DNA of 64,000 nt from an uncultured virus (IMG/VR IMGVR_UViG_3300012017_001157) (IMGVR_UViG_3300012017_001157:1-64000), one strand, 5' to 3'. Counted from the stretch's first letter, positions 20,166 to 30,247 are shown. Translations and numbers: made by a program. The notes: a model not told the origin generated them from the sequence alone.

Positions 20166-20828
20166 TCAACGATTTGCCCTTGATCCTGCTTCCAATATGC
20201 CTGGAATATCACCGAAAATCTCTGGGAAATGCGGCATCAATTGGGTCCAAATCATTTTGCCTATTTCTTGGGCTTCTGGCTGAGCGGATGAGTGCATCCT
20301 GAGCATGAGAATGTGCCTCCACTCCCTTAAATTTGATTTCATAATAAGCCTTGTTCTGGTTGCGTTTGGAAGCACATACCGGGCAAACTGACTTTTCACC
20401 CCCGCAGCCCGAAGGGTCCTGTATGCGGCCAGGGAGGCCTCAGTTGACTCCCGAAAGACCCCTGCAAGTTCTTCATTAGCTTCAACCTCGGGGGGCATGA
20501 AAAAGAGGGCTTCTGGGGTCTCTTCATCGTACTTTACGTACCTTTGACTTTCTTGCTGGAATGAAGCAAGTCGATGGCGGACAAGCTCGTGGCTAACCAC
20601 CCTAGAGCACTCAATTGCGAAGGTTGCGTCAACCATTTCAATCATTGACTGATGCCCGGACTCTATCCAGCGCCTAATGATATCCCTGTCACCCATCTTT
20701 TCAAGGGATTTTCTGCCGTAGTCAACTCTTCCGGCGTACTCAATCAGGTCAAGGGGGGACTCAAAGGCAAGATCCTGGTCACTGCTCCAGGGCTTCGTCA
20801 TTGAGATCAATTTTACCGACGGTTTCAT
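20166..20828 (-). CDS. thyX: FAD-dependent thymidylate synthase
   Basis: GH.S..E, SR.VSHELVRHR.ASF.QESQRY, ARYVLPNAT, NLREWRH, AQ.E. Confidence 0.95.
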   Translation of the reverse strand: MKPSVKLISMTKPWSSDQDLAFESPLDLIEYAGRVDYGRKSLEKMGDRDIIRRWIESGHQSMIEMVDATFAIECSRVVSHELVRHRLASFQQESQRYVKYDEETPEALFFMPPEVEANEELAGVFRESTEASLAAYRTLRAAGVKSQFARYVLPNATRTRLIMKSNLREWRHILMLRMHSSAQPEAQEIGKMIWTQLMPHFPEIFGDIPGILEAGSRANR

Positions 20829-20986
20829 GCTCCTCCTTTTTTATTTCCTCCATAATGATTTTTATTGACCTGTCAAGGCCTAGCAGATATGCCAGCCTGC
20901 TTACCGAGTCAACTTTTCCAGGGATCTCTTTAGACTCTTCGGTCAGGGCTGCAACAATCAGCCTAGTGATTCTTCTTACGGATTTT

Positions 20987-21388
20987 CTAGCTGCGCTCAA
21001 TTTCCATACCCCTCACAAAGGCCTTGAGCTCCTTGTTCACTCGGTCCGTTGCGTCTGGAAGGGTCATCGCCGCCGCAAGGACCTGATTGCTTTCACCCCT
21101 GACTGAAAACCTAATATCAAACGTCCACACACCATACCCATCAGACGGGGAAAAGTACTTTATTGTCACTTTTTCTTTGTCCTCTTCTACGCCGTAAATT
21201 CCAATGATATTGGCAACCGACTGATAGATTTGTTGAACTGCAAAGTCGGTTTGATCTTCAGCGTTTTTCTTTTTTACGCTGCGGACCGTTGCAAAAAACG
21301 CGGCCTCATAAAAACTCTTGGATTCCTGACTGCTTGTCTCTGCCCAAACAAGAGGGATCTCTTCGTGCTCCATATCTGGATCATACAT
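20987..21388 (-). CDS. Hypothetical protein
   Basis: 133-aa ORF in a tightly coupled minus-strand operon. Confidence 0.55.
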   Translation of the reverse strand: MYDPDMEHEEIPLVWAETSSQESKSFYEAAFFATVRSVKKKNAEDQTDFAVQQIYQSVANIIGIYGVEEDKEKVTIKYFSPSDGYGVWTFDIRFSVRGESNQVLAAAMTLPDATDRVNKELKAFVRGMEIERS

Positions 21389-21409
21389 CCGATATGGGAA
21401 TTTTCTAGA

Positions 21410-21589
21410 TTATTGAAGGCTGCTTATGACTTCGCGGCAAGTTTCGATGACCCTGTCAAGGTCTTTTCCGTTTGCGCTGCCTGCAATCCTTTTTTCTCGC
21501 TTGTCCCAAATGACGGCAATCCACTCTTGGCCGTGCTTGCCAAGGTGGATAATTTCATGTCTTGACTTTGGGTCATTTGCATCTGCCAT
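21410..21589 (-). CDS. Hypothetical protein (59 aa)
   Basis: GAGGAG RBS then MADANDPKSRHEIIHLGKHGQEWIAVIWD...; not in the track. Confidence 0.55.
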   Translation of the reverse strand: MADANDPKSRHEIIHLGKHGQEWIAVIWDKREKRIAGSANGKDLDRVIETCREVISSLQ

Positions 21590-21924
21590 TTTGTCTTCTC
21601 CTCAAGTGGGCCGCCCCAGCAGCCCCGCTTTACCGCAATTGCGATTAGGGCATAGTTTGCAATATCAAAAAGAGCGTCCTCAAACGCCTCGTCTCGATGT
21701 TTATCGTCAATTGCGTCTAAGCGGACCTTGCCGTCGACAATGGTGCCATTCAAACTTTTCATGACTCGAGACATCTTGTCGTTGGCGACCCTGCTCAGAA
21801 CGCCATATAAGCCTAACTGTTGAATGTTTGCATTTCCATACTTGGCCTGTCTGTCAATCATAACGTTCCAGGACTCATTAAATATCTCCGCAAAGACCTC
21901 CTGGAAGGTTTTCCTGTCCCCCAT
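21424..21924 (-). CDS. DUF1599 / nucleotide-modification-associated domain protein
   Basis: KYG..N...G...R..DK..R...EDAL.DIANYALI. Confidence 0.7.
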   Translation of the reverse strand: MGDRKTFQEVFAEIFNESWNVMIDRQAKYGNANIQQLGLYGVLSRVANDKMSRVMKSLNGTIVDGKVRLDAIDDKHRDEAFEDALFDIANYALIAIAVKRGCWGGPLEEKTKWQMQMTQSQDMKLSTLASTAKSGLPSFGTSEKKGLQAAQTEKTLTGSSKLAAKS

Positions 21925-22121
21925 TAGGCAATACCTGATGCTGCGGCAATCCACATAATTGCCGCCACATTGGCAACAAATATGGTTATTGCCACAAAAA
22001 GCGCAACGTTTCTATTTGTATCTGACTCTCTGTTGACAATTGACATGATCAGGCTTGTGTGCCAAAGCGTTGAAAATCCTAACGCTACAATGATTGGTAG
22101 CGCGAAGTCTACGATCGCCAT
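21924..22121 (-). CDS. Small two-TM membrane protein
   Basis: Two hydrophobic segments in 65 aa; AAGGAG RBS. Confidence 0.55.
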   Translation of the reverse strand: MAIVDFALPIIVALGFSTLWHTSLIMSIVNRESDTNRNVALFVAITIFVANVAAIMWIAAASGIA

Positions 22122-22625
22122 TTTAAATCTCCTTTTTTTGTTTCATTACCATTGGGAGGCATTCCTTGCAGACGCTTCTGTTTTGGAACCCATTACCCCT
22201 GTCCATACCAAGGCTAATAATCTCAAGCTTCCTCATCTTGCAAATATCGCAAAGACGAAGACGCTCTTTATCCACCCTATGCCCTCTTAGCATGTTGCTT
22301 GCAAGTATAGCGCCTCACATCGGTTTTTGCAAACCCGTGAAAGGTAATCTCTCGGTACGCCCAGATATCGTTGGACATAAGGGATCGACCGCACTCGTAG
22401 CAAGTCTTGCTCGTAAGCAAAACTCTTGGGGGCGGTCCCGATTGCTTCTTTACTGCTGTTTTTGCTGCCATCTCAATAGGTTATCACATGCAAAAACAAA
22501 AAAGCTTGTTCAGAAATTCTGATGGTGTAGAGTCTTTTGTGCGGCGGCTTCCATGCCCCGCCGCTGGGGCTTGTGCCCCTTGGCCGCTCTGGTGGTTTCC
22601 TCCTTTTCCACCAGGGCGGCCCTTT

Positions 22626-23294
22626 TCACTCCGGAACGTCTTTCCCCTCAATCAACCAGAGGAAGAATCCAGTAGCGGTTCCTTTCTTTTCGACATACCT
22701 CCTGTAGGCATTCACCAACGGCTCCGCCTCTTGTCGCTCAAGCCTCAACTCAATGCCACCAATCTTTACAATCATCGACATATTTGGGTCCAGCTGCGGC
22801 GCGACCCTCTGGGCGATGGTGCCGTCAACCGAGTCCGTGTACTGCGTTGTGATTGCATTTGGGTCTGAAGGGATTGCAATGGTTGACGGGCGCAACATTT
22901 CGTTTTCTGGAATATCCATGTCGTCTGCATAGCCGCTTGCGATAAGGAGGTCCTGTTCGTCAAGGCTTGCAATCAACTCTTCCAAAGCTTCTTCGTCGTA
23001 GTACCCAAGGTCTTGCGTGCGGTTGTCCGCCAACGCAAACGCGGTTGCGGTTTTTTCATCGTCATCCACCCAGACAACGGCAATTTGCTTCCAGCCAAGT
23101 CGCTTAGCGGCTTCAAACGTGTGGTTTCCGGCGATGACCTCTCGCGTTGACCTGTTTGCAACAATCGGCTTTCGCTGGCCGAACTTTGCAAGCGATCGCA
23201 TTACGGCGTCAACGTTGCCCTTTCTTGGATTTTTTCCCCACGGCTTAAGTTCTTCGATTTTTGCGGCCAGCGGAATAAGGTCGTCAATGATCAC
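22626..23294 (-). CDS. ParB/Srx-like domain protein
   Basis: NPRKG.V..V.RSL..FGQ.KPIV...AGNH...AA..LGW...ALADNRT. Confidence 0.8.
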   Translation of the reverse strand: MIIDDLIPLAAKIEELKPWGKNPRKGNVDAVMRSLAKFGQRKPIVANRSTREVIAGNHTFEAAKRLGWKQIAVVWVDDDEKTATAFALADNRTQDLGYYDEEALEELIASLDEQDLLIASGYADDMDIPENEMLRPSTIAIPSDPNAITTQYTDSVDGTIAQRVAPQLDPNMSMIVKIGGIELRLERQEAEPLVNAYRRYVEKKGTATGFFLWLIEGKDVPE

Positions 23295-23664
23295 TGCTTA
23301 CTTCCTCTCTTCTTTGGACGGCAAGGCGAAGTGCGCGCATTGACTCTGCCGCGATCTCAAACGTCTTTGCCATGTTTTCTATTGACTGCAATAGATTGCT
23401 TTCTGCGTCTCTGATTTCTTTTGCGATGCGCGAGTCCCGTGAATCAATGTCATAAAAATCTCTGATAATCATTTTTCTGATTTTTGATCTTGCCGGAACG
23501 CCGAGCGACGCATAGCACCTAAGAGTTTCTGGCGTAACGCCGTATTCTTTCGCAAGCACCTTGCATGCGCTGGTGATGTCGGAAATTTCTCTTGGCGCCT
23601 TGGAAAGCAAAACCTTTTGCACCATCCACGCGTCAACTTTTGTGTTTTCCCTAATGAACTTCAT
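23284..23664 (-). CDS. Hypothetical HTH/coiled-coil protein
   Basis: AAGGAG RBS; LAKEYGVTPETLR HTH-like segment. Confidence 0.5.
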   Translation of the reverse strand: MKFIRENTKVDAWMVQKVLLSKAPREISDITSACKVLAKEYGVTPETLRCYASLGVPARSKIRKMIIRDFYDIDSRDSRIAKEIRDAESNLLQSIENMAKTFEIAAESMRALRLAVQRREEVSSDH

Positions 23665-23964
23665 GCTGCTCCTTTCGGGCCGAAATCAACGGCCAGGGCG
23701 GAAGTATACACGAATCACAGGTAGTCGGAGCAGGAAGCGTAATAACCGCACCTGCAAACCAACTTACACTTGTTATCAATCAGTCTTTCGCCGCAATTTG
23801 GGCATGTTCGTATAATATCTTCCGGATCTGCCTCTTGTGTTTTTTCTTGCTCAGAGTTGTGATTTGGTCTTGACATGGAAGGTTTCCTGTATACAATAAA
23901 ACCAGTATCTCAGGTACTAGATGGTTCTTATGGATACCAGTATACCTGGTAACAGTATTTCTTA

Positions 23965-24107
23965 GAATAACCTTGAACTTTCGGGTACAGCTATCCATAT
24001 GGTTCCTTCGGTACTACGTACCTCAGGACCCATATGGATACTGTACCCGGTTATTCCTTGTTCTTAAGAACCTTCGGTATTTCATACCTCAGGTTCTTAA
24101 GAACAAG
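23965..24107. repeat. Two adjacent long inverted repeats; candidate replication origin
   Basis: cgggtacag-c-tatccatatgg...ccatatggata-ctgtacccg and cttgttcttaagaacct...aggttcttaagaacaag; both enclose CCTTCGGTA-N5-TACCTCAGG; intergenic between divergent genes. Confidence 0.6.
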
Positions 24108-24258
24108 TCATAACCCTTTTACCCCCTTTATCCCTACCCTTTTTCCCCCGTTGACCGATTTTAAGTGCTTTTCACAATGAGGAGGATTTGACAGGGGCTA
24201 ACATATCGGCTAACTTGGCAATGGGCATGGAAGACCCCAAGCAGAAAAGGAGTACGTC

Positions 24259-24612
24259 ATGGAAAAGGAAAAAACGGTCTCTATCGCCGAAGCGGCAGAG
24301 ATTCTCGGAGTCAGCTACTCTGCAGCGGTGCAGGCATCTAGGCGCTACGGATGGGCAAAAGTTAGCGCAGGTCGTGGCCCAAAGGGTGGTCGCCCAAGGA
24401 TCATGTACAACCGATCTGAGGTTGAGAAGTATGGCGCAAATAGAAACCGCCAAACTTTCAAGTCCAAGAAGTTGGACGTAACGCTTCTTGACGCTGTTCG
24501 GGCAGCGGCTGAGACGCGAAAGCCAATCGGCAGAATTGCCAAGGAGCTGGGGGTGAGTCACTTCCTTGTTGGCAGCGCAGCATACGAGCTTGTTGCTCGC
24601 GGAAAGAAGTAA
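24259..24612 (+). CDS. HTH DNA-binding protein
   Basis: SIAEAAEILGVS and IGRIAKELGVS, two HTH-like motifs; AAGGAG RBS. Confidence 0.7.
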   Translation: MEKEKTVSIAEAAEILGVSYSAAVQASRRYGWAKVSAGRGPKGGRPRIMYNRSEVEKYGANRNRQTFKSKKLDVTLLDAVRAAAETRKPIGRIAKELGVSHFLVGSAAYELVARGKK

Positions 24613-24627
24613 GGAAAAACATTGCGC

Positions 24628-24703
24628 GCCGTCGTAGCTCAGTGGATAGAGCAAGGGACTTCTAAGCCTTTGGTCGCAGGTTCGATTCCTGTCGACGGCG
24701 CCA
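24628..24703 (+). tRNA. tRNA-Arg(UCU)
   Basis: Acceptor GCCGTCG/CGACGGC, D-arm TAGCTCAGTGGATAGAGC, anticodon loop CT-TCT-AA, GGTTCGATTCC, encoded CCA. Confidence 0.93.
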
Positions 24704-24724
24704 TTTTTCTGGTATAATGCGAAT

Positions 24725-25066
24725 ATGAACAGGTCAATGGCCCTGGCTATTTTGCAGGGCAAGAAGGCTCAACTGACCGTTGGTGACAACTGGCGGGAAA
24801 TTGTTGACCCGAATTTCTACGTTAACTCTGGCTGGCCAAGCGATTGGGTTAACGAGTTTCACAGGAGCCATCAAGCAGAAGGTGGCGCGGTGCATGGAGT
24901 CTGGCATCTCGAGTTCCTTCGCGGTCTGTGCAAGGCTCTTGAGATAAAAACAAACCCAGAAGTTGGCGCATACTCTGAGGCGAGACACATGGCATTAAAA
25001 ATTTGGGAGAAGATATACGAAATGAAGGAGACGCAAAATGAAGCATCGAAAAAGGAAGCCAGTTAG
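24725..25066 (+). CDS. Hypothetical protein
   Basis: 113-aa ORF a few nt after a TATAAT (possibly leaderless). Confidence 0.5.
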   Translation: MNRSMALAILQGKKAQLTVGDNWREIVDPNFYVNSGWPSDWVNEFHRSHQAEGGAVHGVWHLEFLRGLCKALEIKTNPEVGAYSEARHMALKIWEKIYEMKETQNEASKKEAS

Positions 25067-25240
25067 CCAGATGGGAAATGCAGAACTTAGCAATCTGCAC
25101 AAGACAAGAAGCCTTACTTTTAGTTGGGTTGCTTTTCTTGACGGAGAGAGCGACAGGACGGTTGAAGAGTATCTTCGCAATGCAATGCGTGGAATCTCTG
25201 AGATCGACAAGGAGATGGATCGTAGGGAGATGAAGATTCG

Positions 25241-25738
25241 ATGTCACTAGTGATGGCTGTCAGGACGGTGCTTTTTTCAGCGGCGATAATTTTCTCCGCC
25301 CCAGCACTTCCGACATCTGTCACTTATGCATTATCCCCTGACCAGCGAGACAGTTGGTACGACGAGGAGCCGTCGGAGTCACACGACGGCAAAGCAATTC
25401 TTGGTCTTGCAACGTGGTACGACGCAACAAAAAATAACGCGTGGTACACACTTCCAAACAAGTGGGGCGATGCCATAAAGCTTTATGGTGCTGCTGGCCC
25501 AAAATTAAGAAAAATCATGGGCCACAAGTACATGGGCAAGCCGTACGCAATCAGAATCACCTCTCTTGTAAGCGGCGAGAGCGCAAAGGTTTGGGTGGCT
25601 GACTATTGCGGTTGCCAAGGGAGAAAGAAAGACCCAGACGACACGCGACTTATTGACCTGGCACCAGAGGTCTGGGAGCGCCTTGGCGTGGATCTTGGGC
25701 GAGGGGTAATGAAGGTCTCAATAGAGATTTTAGATTAA
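25241..25738 (+). CDS. RlpA-like double-psi beta-barrel protein (possible lytic transglycosylase) with signal peptide
   Basis: Hydrophobic N-terminus; G.ATWY, V.V.D.C, LIDL...WERLG...GV.KV. Confidence 0.65.
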   Translation: MSLVMAVRTVLFSAAIIFSAPALPTSVTYALSPDQRDSWYDEEPSESHDGKAILGLATWYDATKNNAWYTLPNKWGDAIKLYGAAGPKLRKIMGHKYMGKPYAIRITSLVSGESAKVWVADYCGCQGRKKDPDDTRLIDLAPEVWERLGVDLGRGVMKVSIEILD

Positions 25739-25780
25739 CTAAAGCTAGACCGTCAAATAACTTATACACACTTGTGTATA

Positions 25781-26791
25781 ATGCCGCCCATGAAGAGAAT
25801 TGTTGTGACCGGGGCTGGCGGATTTATCGGCGGCTGGCTTACTGCGCGCCTTGCGGCAAACCCAATGAACCACGTTGTAGCCGTGGACAAGAAGCCGCTA
25901 AAGGAATGGGAGCAGGAAAGCACCTCTGAAGTTGTTCCGGCTGCCGATCTTTCTAACCCAAATGTATGCAAACTGATTACCCGAGATGCCGACGAGGTTT
26001 ATAATCTTGCGGCAGACATGGGCGGGATGGGCTTTATCGAGCACCACAAGGCGGACTGCATGCTCTCAGTTCTTGTAAGCACGAACATGCTTGTTGCCGC
26101 CAAGGAGAACAACGTCAAGAGATTCTTCTATTCCTCAAGCGCGTGTGTGTACGCCGCAGACAAGCAGACCGACACAGATGTCACCGCGCTTAAAGAGGAA
26201 GACGCGTATCCTGCAATGGCTGAAGACGGATACGGCTGGGAAAAGCTTTTCTCGGAAAGAATGGCGCGACACTTCCGCGAAGACTATGGTCTCGAGACAA
26301 GGGTTGCGAGATACCACAATGTTTACGGTCCAAAGGGAACGTGGACTGGAGGCCGAGAAAAAGCGCCAGCAGCAATCTGCCGAAAGGTTGCCACCGCTGT
26401 AATCACCGGAAAAAACGAAATTGAAATTTGGGGCGATGGAGAGCAGACGCGTTCGTTTATGTACATTGATGATTGCGTTGACGGGACGATTAAAATTGCT
26501 CAGTCCGACATTGTAGAACCACTGAATCTTGGCTCATCAGAGCTTGTTTCCATAAACCAGTTAGTTTCTATCGTAGAAGACATCGCTGGTGTAAAACTGA
26601 AAAGAAGTTACAACCTTGACGCGCCAAAGGGAGTGCGCGGAAGAAACAGCGATAACACGAAAATTCAAGAACTGCTTGGCTGGCAACCATCAATATCTTT
26701 GCGTGACGGGCTGAAAAAGACATACGCGTGGGTTTATGACCAGGTTGCTGAATCGATTGCCAGCGCGAAAGAAAAGGAGTGTGGCTCATAA
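25781..26791 (+). CDS. NAD-dependent epimerase, GDP-mannose 3,5-epimerase-like
   Basis: VTGAGGFIG, NLAADMGGMGFI, SSSACVY, YGWEK, GGREKAPAA.CRK, GVRGRNSDN. Confidence 0.88.
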   Translation: MPPMKRIVVTGAGGFIGGWLTARLAANPMNHVVAVDKKPLKEWEQESTSEVVPAADLSNPNVCKLITRDADEVYNLAADMGGMGFIEHHKADCMLSVLVSTNMLVAAKENNVKRFFYSSSACVYAADKQTDTDVTALKEEDAYPAMAEDGYGWEKLFSERMARHFREDYGLETRVARYHNVYGPKGTWTGGREKAPAAICRKVATAVITGKNEIEIWGDGEQTRSFMYIDDCVDGTIKIAQSDIVEPLNLGSSELVSINQLVSIVEDIAGVKLKRSYNLDAPKGVRGRNSDNTKIQELLGWQPSISLRDGLKKTYAWVYDQVAESIASAKEKECGS

Positions 26792-27345
26792 TGGGAGAGA
26801 AGAGGCTTTCAATACTTATCCCGACGCTTCAAAAAAGAAGCAAGCTTTGCCAGGAGTTGACCGACGAGCTGACAAGGCAGTTGACCACCGAAGTCGAGTT
26901 TATGCTTCTCCCGGACGCTGGACAACGAACAATCGGAGAAAAAAGAAACGCACTTCTTGAGGCGGCCCAGGGCGACTATGTTGCATTTATTGATGACGAC
27001 GACATGATTAGCCCAGACTACATTGATAAGGTCATGAAGGCGCTTGAGGAGGACCCAGACTGCGCGTCCCTTACTGGCCTTATTTACCAGGGGAATTCTT
27101 CCCCGAGAACCTTTGTTCACTCCATCGACTACGAGGGTTGGTACACGAAGGATGGTATTGACTATCGATACCCAAATCACCTAAACGCCGTCAAGAAAAA
27201 GTATGCTCTGAAAGTTGGGTTCCCGGAAATTAACCACGGAGAAGACCGAGCCTACTCCGACAGAATTCAGCAGTATCTGAAGAAAGAATCAAAGATCGAG
27301 GGAGTGATTTATCACTACTACCCCGGCGGATCTAGGGAAAAGTGA
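26779..27345 (+). CDS. Glycosyltransferase family 2
   Basis: LSILIPT, IGEKRN.L...A.GDYVAFIDDDD, GED. Confidence 0.85.
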   Translation: MWLIMGEKRLSILIPTLQKRSKLCQELTDELTRQLTTEVEFMLLPDAGQRTIGEKRNALLEAAQGDYVAFIDDDDMISPDYIDKVMKALEEDPDCASLTGLIYQGNSSPRTFVHSIDYEGWYTKDGIDYRYPNHLNAVKKKYALKVGFPEINHGEDRAYSDRIQQYLKKESKIEGVIYHYYPGGSREK

Positions 27346-28034
27346 AACTTCTTATAAAGTTCCCAACCAGGCAAAGGCCAGCTCTTTTCTTTGAAACTCT
27401 TTCAAAATATATTTCGATGTCCTCTGGTCTTCACCAGATCGAATATGTCATTTCAATGGACGAGGATGATGTCAGCATGAACAATGAACAGGTAAGAGAT
27501 CGGCTAAACGGACTTATAGACGGCGGCGTTGACATTAAGTATTTTTACGGAAACTCAAAAACCAAAATTGAGGCGATTAACGCAGACATGGACAAGGCCA
27601 GCGATGATTGGGACATGGTGTTTAACGGACAGGACGACATGATCCCCACCGCGGAGGGGTACGACGACGTCATGCTCACGCGGCTCTTTGAACTGTTCCC
27701 CGACACCGATGGCGCAGTCTGGCTAAACGACCAGTACATGGGCTATGACGAAAACTGCACAATCGTTGCTGCTGGCCGAAAGTACTACGAGCGATTTGGG
27801 TATCTCTACTACCCGGGATATGACTCAGTCTTTGCTGACAACGAGTACACAGAGGTTGGGAAAGCGCTTGGAAAACTGGTTTATGTTTCTGACCGAGTTG
27901 TCAAACACGACTGGATTGGCAAGGACCAGTCTCTCGACCCGCTTCTCCGAAGAAACGAAGAGCCAACAAAGTACGCGGCTGACAGACTGATCTTTGAAGA
28001 CAGGAAATCAAAGGCCTTTCCTAAGGATCGCTAA
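27342..28034 (+). CDS. GT-A fold glycosyltransferase
   Basis: KFPTR.RP, K..AIN, DDM.P, G..YY.RFGY.Y.P.Y.S..ADNE. Confidence 0.75.
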   Translation: MKLLIKFPTRQRPALFFETLSKYISMSSGLHQIEYVISMDEDDVSMNNEQVRDRLNGLIDGGVDIKYFYGNSKTKIEAINADMDKASDDWDMVFNGQDDMIPTAEGYDDVMLTRLFELFPDTDGAVWLNDQYMGYDENCTIVAAGRKYYERFGYLYYPGYDSVFADNEYTEVGKALGKLVYVSDRVVKHDWIGKDQSLDPLLRRNEEPTKYAADRLIFEDRKSKAFPKDR

Positions 28035-28552
28035 TGCGAATCACGGAAGAAAGTCCGGTAACGCTAAATCCGCATCCAGACAACCCTCGGGCCGGAGATG
28101 TTGGCGCGATTGTTGAATCCATCAAGAAAAACGGTTGGCACGGCGTTGTGGTCTGCCAACAAAGCACAAGAAGAATATTGGTTGGAAACCACCGAGTAAA
28201 AGCCGCGCTTATCTTGGGTTTGGAAAAAATTCCCGTTCAGTGGGCAGATGTTGACGATAACAGGGCAAAGGCGATACTCCTTGCGGACAACCGCGCCTCT
28301 GACCTTGGCGGATACGACGACGAGGTTCTGGCAAGGCTGGTTTACGAAACTGCTGTCGACGGTCTCCTTGATTCTACTGGCTACGACCTTGAAGACATGG
28401 ACAGGCTGGTGCGTCAGGCAATGGAGCCTGGGCCCATGGACCTAGACGAAAAAAAGACAGAGTGCCCAATGTGCGGGCACAAGTTTTACGCGGTTGCGCT
28501 TGGCGGTAGGCGGGGGAGACGGTCTGCCCACCCAGGCGGGTCAAAGTCTTGA
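28034..28552 (+). CDS. ParB/Srx-like domain protein with C-terminal CPxC
   Basis: HPDNPR.GDV.AI.ESI..NGW, GNHR..AA, LADNR. Confidence 0.8.
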   Translation: MRITEESPVTLNPHPDNPRAGDVGAIVESIKKNGWHGVVVCQQSTRRILVGNHRVKAALILGLEKIPVQWADVDDNRAKAILLADNRASDLGGYDDEVLARLVYETAVDGLLDSTGYDLEDMDRLVRQAMEPGPMDLDEKKTECPMCGHKFYAVALGGRRGRRSAHPGGSKS

Positions 28553-28712
28553 GGAACGTTTTTCCAGCAAATAGAAATTGAGCTTTTCTCTGATATGAAC
28601 ATCACCGCATCTAGTGCCTCACCCGGGGTGAGTGCGACGTGGGTTTGACCGTTTAATTCAACGCTCCAAACCTCGACATGCCCCTCGACCCGGGTGATCG
28701 TTGCAATGCTGC

Positions 28713-29015
28713 TCAAAGGGCAAACTTTCTGATCATCTCTTCCGCTCGGGTCATTCCCGTGATTGCCGTTGGGGCAGCGGCTTCCTTAAAAATCAAAACC
28801 ATTGGAATGCTCTTGATGTGGTATTCGGCTACCAGTGCCGGGTTGCTGTCGACATTGACTTTGATGATTTTCACGTTTGGACGCATTTCGCTTAGCCGCT
28901 TCAGTTCTGCGTCGATGGCCTTGCATGGCTGGCACCAGGGCGCCCAGAAGTCTACGATGGTCACCTCGGGCCCGATAAGGCCCTTGAGGGTTGGCTGGGT
29001 AAGGTCTACGATCAT
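28713..29015 (-). CDS. Thioredoxin
   Basis: VDFWAPWCQPCK, KVNVD, SIP. Confidence 0.9.
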   Translation of the reverse strand: MIVDLTQPTLKGLIGPEVTIVDFWAPWCQPCKAIDAELKRLSEMRPNVKIIKVNVDSNPALVAEYHIKSIPMVLIFKEAAAPTAITGMTRAEEMIRKFAL

Positions 29016-29094
29016 GGTCTCCTCCGCTCTATAATTTATGAGAGTAGATTATCGCACACCAGAAGTCTGATTTCATCTCTGGTATGCTCTGAAA

Positions 29095-29547
29095 ATGTCA
29101 AAATCAAAGCCCTCCAGGGAGTTCTCGTTTACGCTCGTGGTCCCATCAGAGATGCCGACGTTGATCCGCACCTCGTGGGACCCGACGCTTAACTTGATTC
29201 AGGATGTGATAGACAGATATCACATACCCCTTAAGAGGGTAAAGCTTCACTACCACAAGAAGACGCGTAAGGTGTGGGGCTCAAAGCATCCGTACGGGAC
29301 GAGCATCTATTCACATCACGAGATCACGCTCTGCTCCCAAGATTTCGACACGGCGTTGCACGAGGTTGCGCACGTCTGGGCAAGAAACCCCCACACCGAC
29401 AAGTGGGCAAGATGTTATCTAAACTTGCTAGAGAAGTATCTTCCACCAGAGGATTTTCAGTTGAAGTTAAAGAGGGCAAGAAAACTTTACAAGCCGTGTG
29501 AGCGCATGGCGCACCTGTTTGAGTTTGATGAAGATGATACCGATTAG
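29095..29547 (+). CDS. Putative Zn metallopeptidase (HExxH)
   Basis: ALHEVAH...H...W motif. Confidence 0.55.
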   Translation: MSKSKPSREFSFTLVVPSEMPTLIRTSWDPTLNLIQDVIDRYHIPLKRVKLHYHKKTRKVWGSKHPYGTSIYSHHEITLCSQDFDTALHEVAHVWARNPHTDKWARCYLNLLEKYLPPEDFQLKLKRARKLYKPCERMAHLFEFDEDDTD

Positions 29548-29953
29548 GATTGTCTACAGCGCACCCATTAGCGAAATCTGGAACAATGTTATCACCTTCG
29601 CGCAAAAGGTTGCCGAACTTGAGAGCATCGACATCGTGGAGATAGAGACCGGGGAGTCCGACGAGGAATGCGCTTTTGCCTCGGTTCACGAAAAAAAGAT
29701 TTATCTTTTTTCGACATCTCGTGCTGTTGTCCTGCATGAACTTGCGCACATAGAAACCAATCAGGGTCACACGTACGATTGGATTGTTTGCTTTGCCTAC
29801 CTGTGCAAGAAATATCTTACTGAGCAAGAATACCTGGGGGAAATGTACAAGGCGGAAAAGAGATACAAGTCCGCCCATGGTCTTGTGCAGTTTCTTGCCT
29901 CCCGAGATTCCCTTGACGAAAAGACACGCTGGGCGTGGGGTAAGACCAAGTGA
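29498..29953 (+). CDS. Putative Zn metallopeptidase (HExxH), tandem paralog
   Basis: VLHELAH...GH..W; similar C-terminal helices to the upstream gene. Confidence 0.55.
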   Translation: MSAWRTCLSLMKMIPIRIVYSAPISEIWNNVITFAQKVAELESIDIVEIETGESDEECAFASVHEKKIYLFSTSRAVVLHELAHIETNQGHTYDWIVCFAYLCKKYLTEQEYLGEMYKAEKRYKSAHGLVQFLASRDSLDEKTRWAWGKTK

Positions 29954-30247
29954 GCAAGAACTGGGAGCAGCGACAGCGCAAGGTAGAGAAGCGCAGCAAG
30001 GGGATGCGGATGAACGGGAAGGGTACCGTGAGACAACAGAACGAACTCCGCGAGCGCGAGAATCGCCGTCGAAGCGAAGACGACACTGACCGCACGTGAG
30101 GGATCGAAGCCCGTAGGGGCGAGACTCGCCGCAGCGAGGCTCGACCGTGAGGCGAGAGCCCGACCCGAGCGCAGCGAGGGGCACGCCCAAAGGAGCATTT
30201 GACAATAGAAGCCGATAGGACTTATACTCAAACCCCAGGAGGTACGT

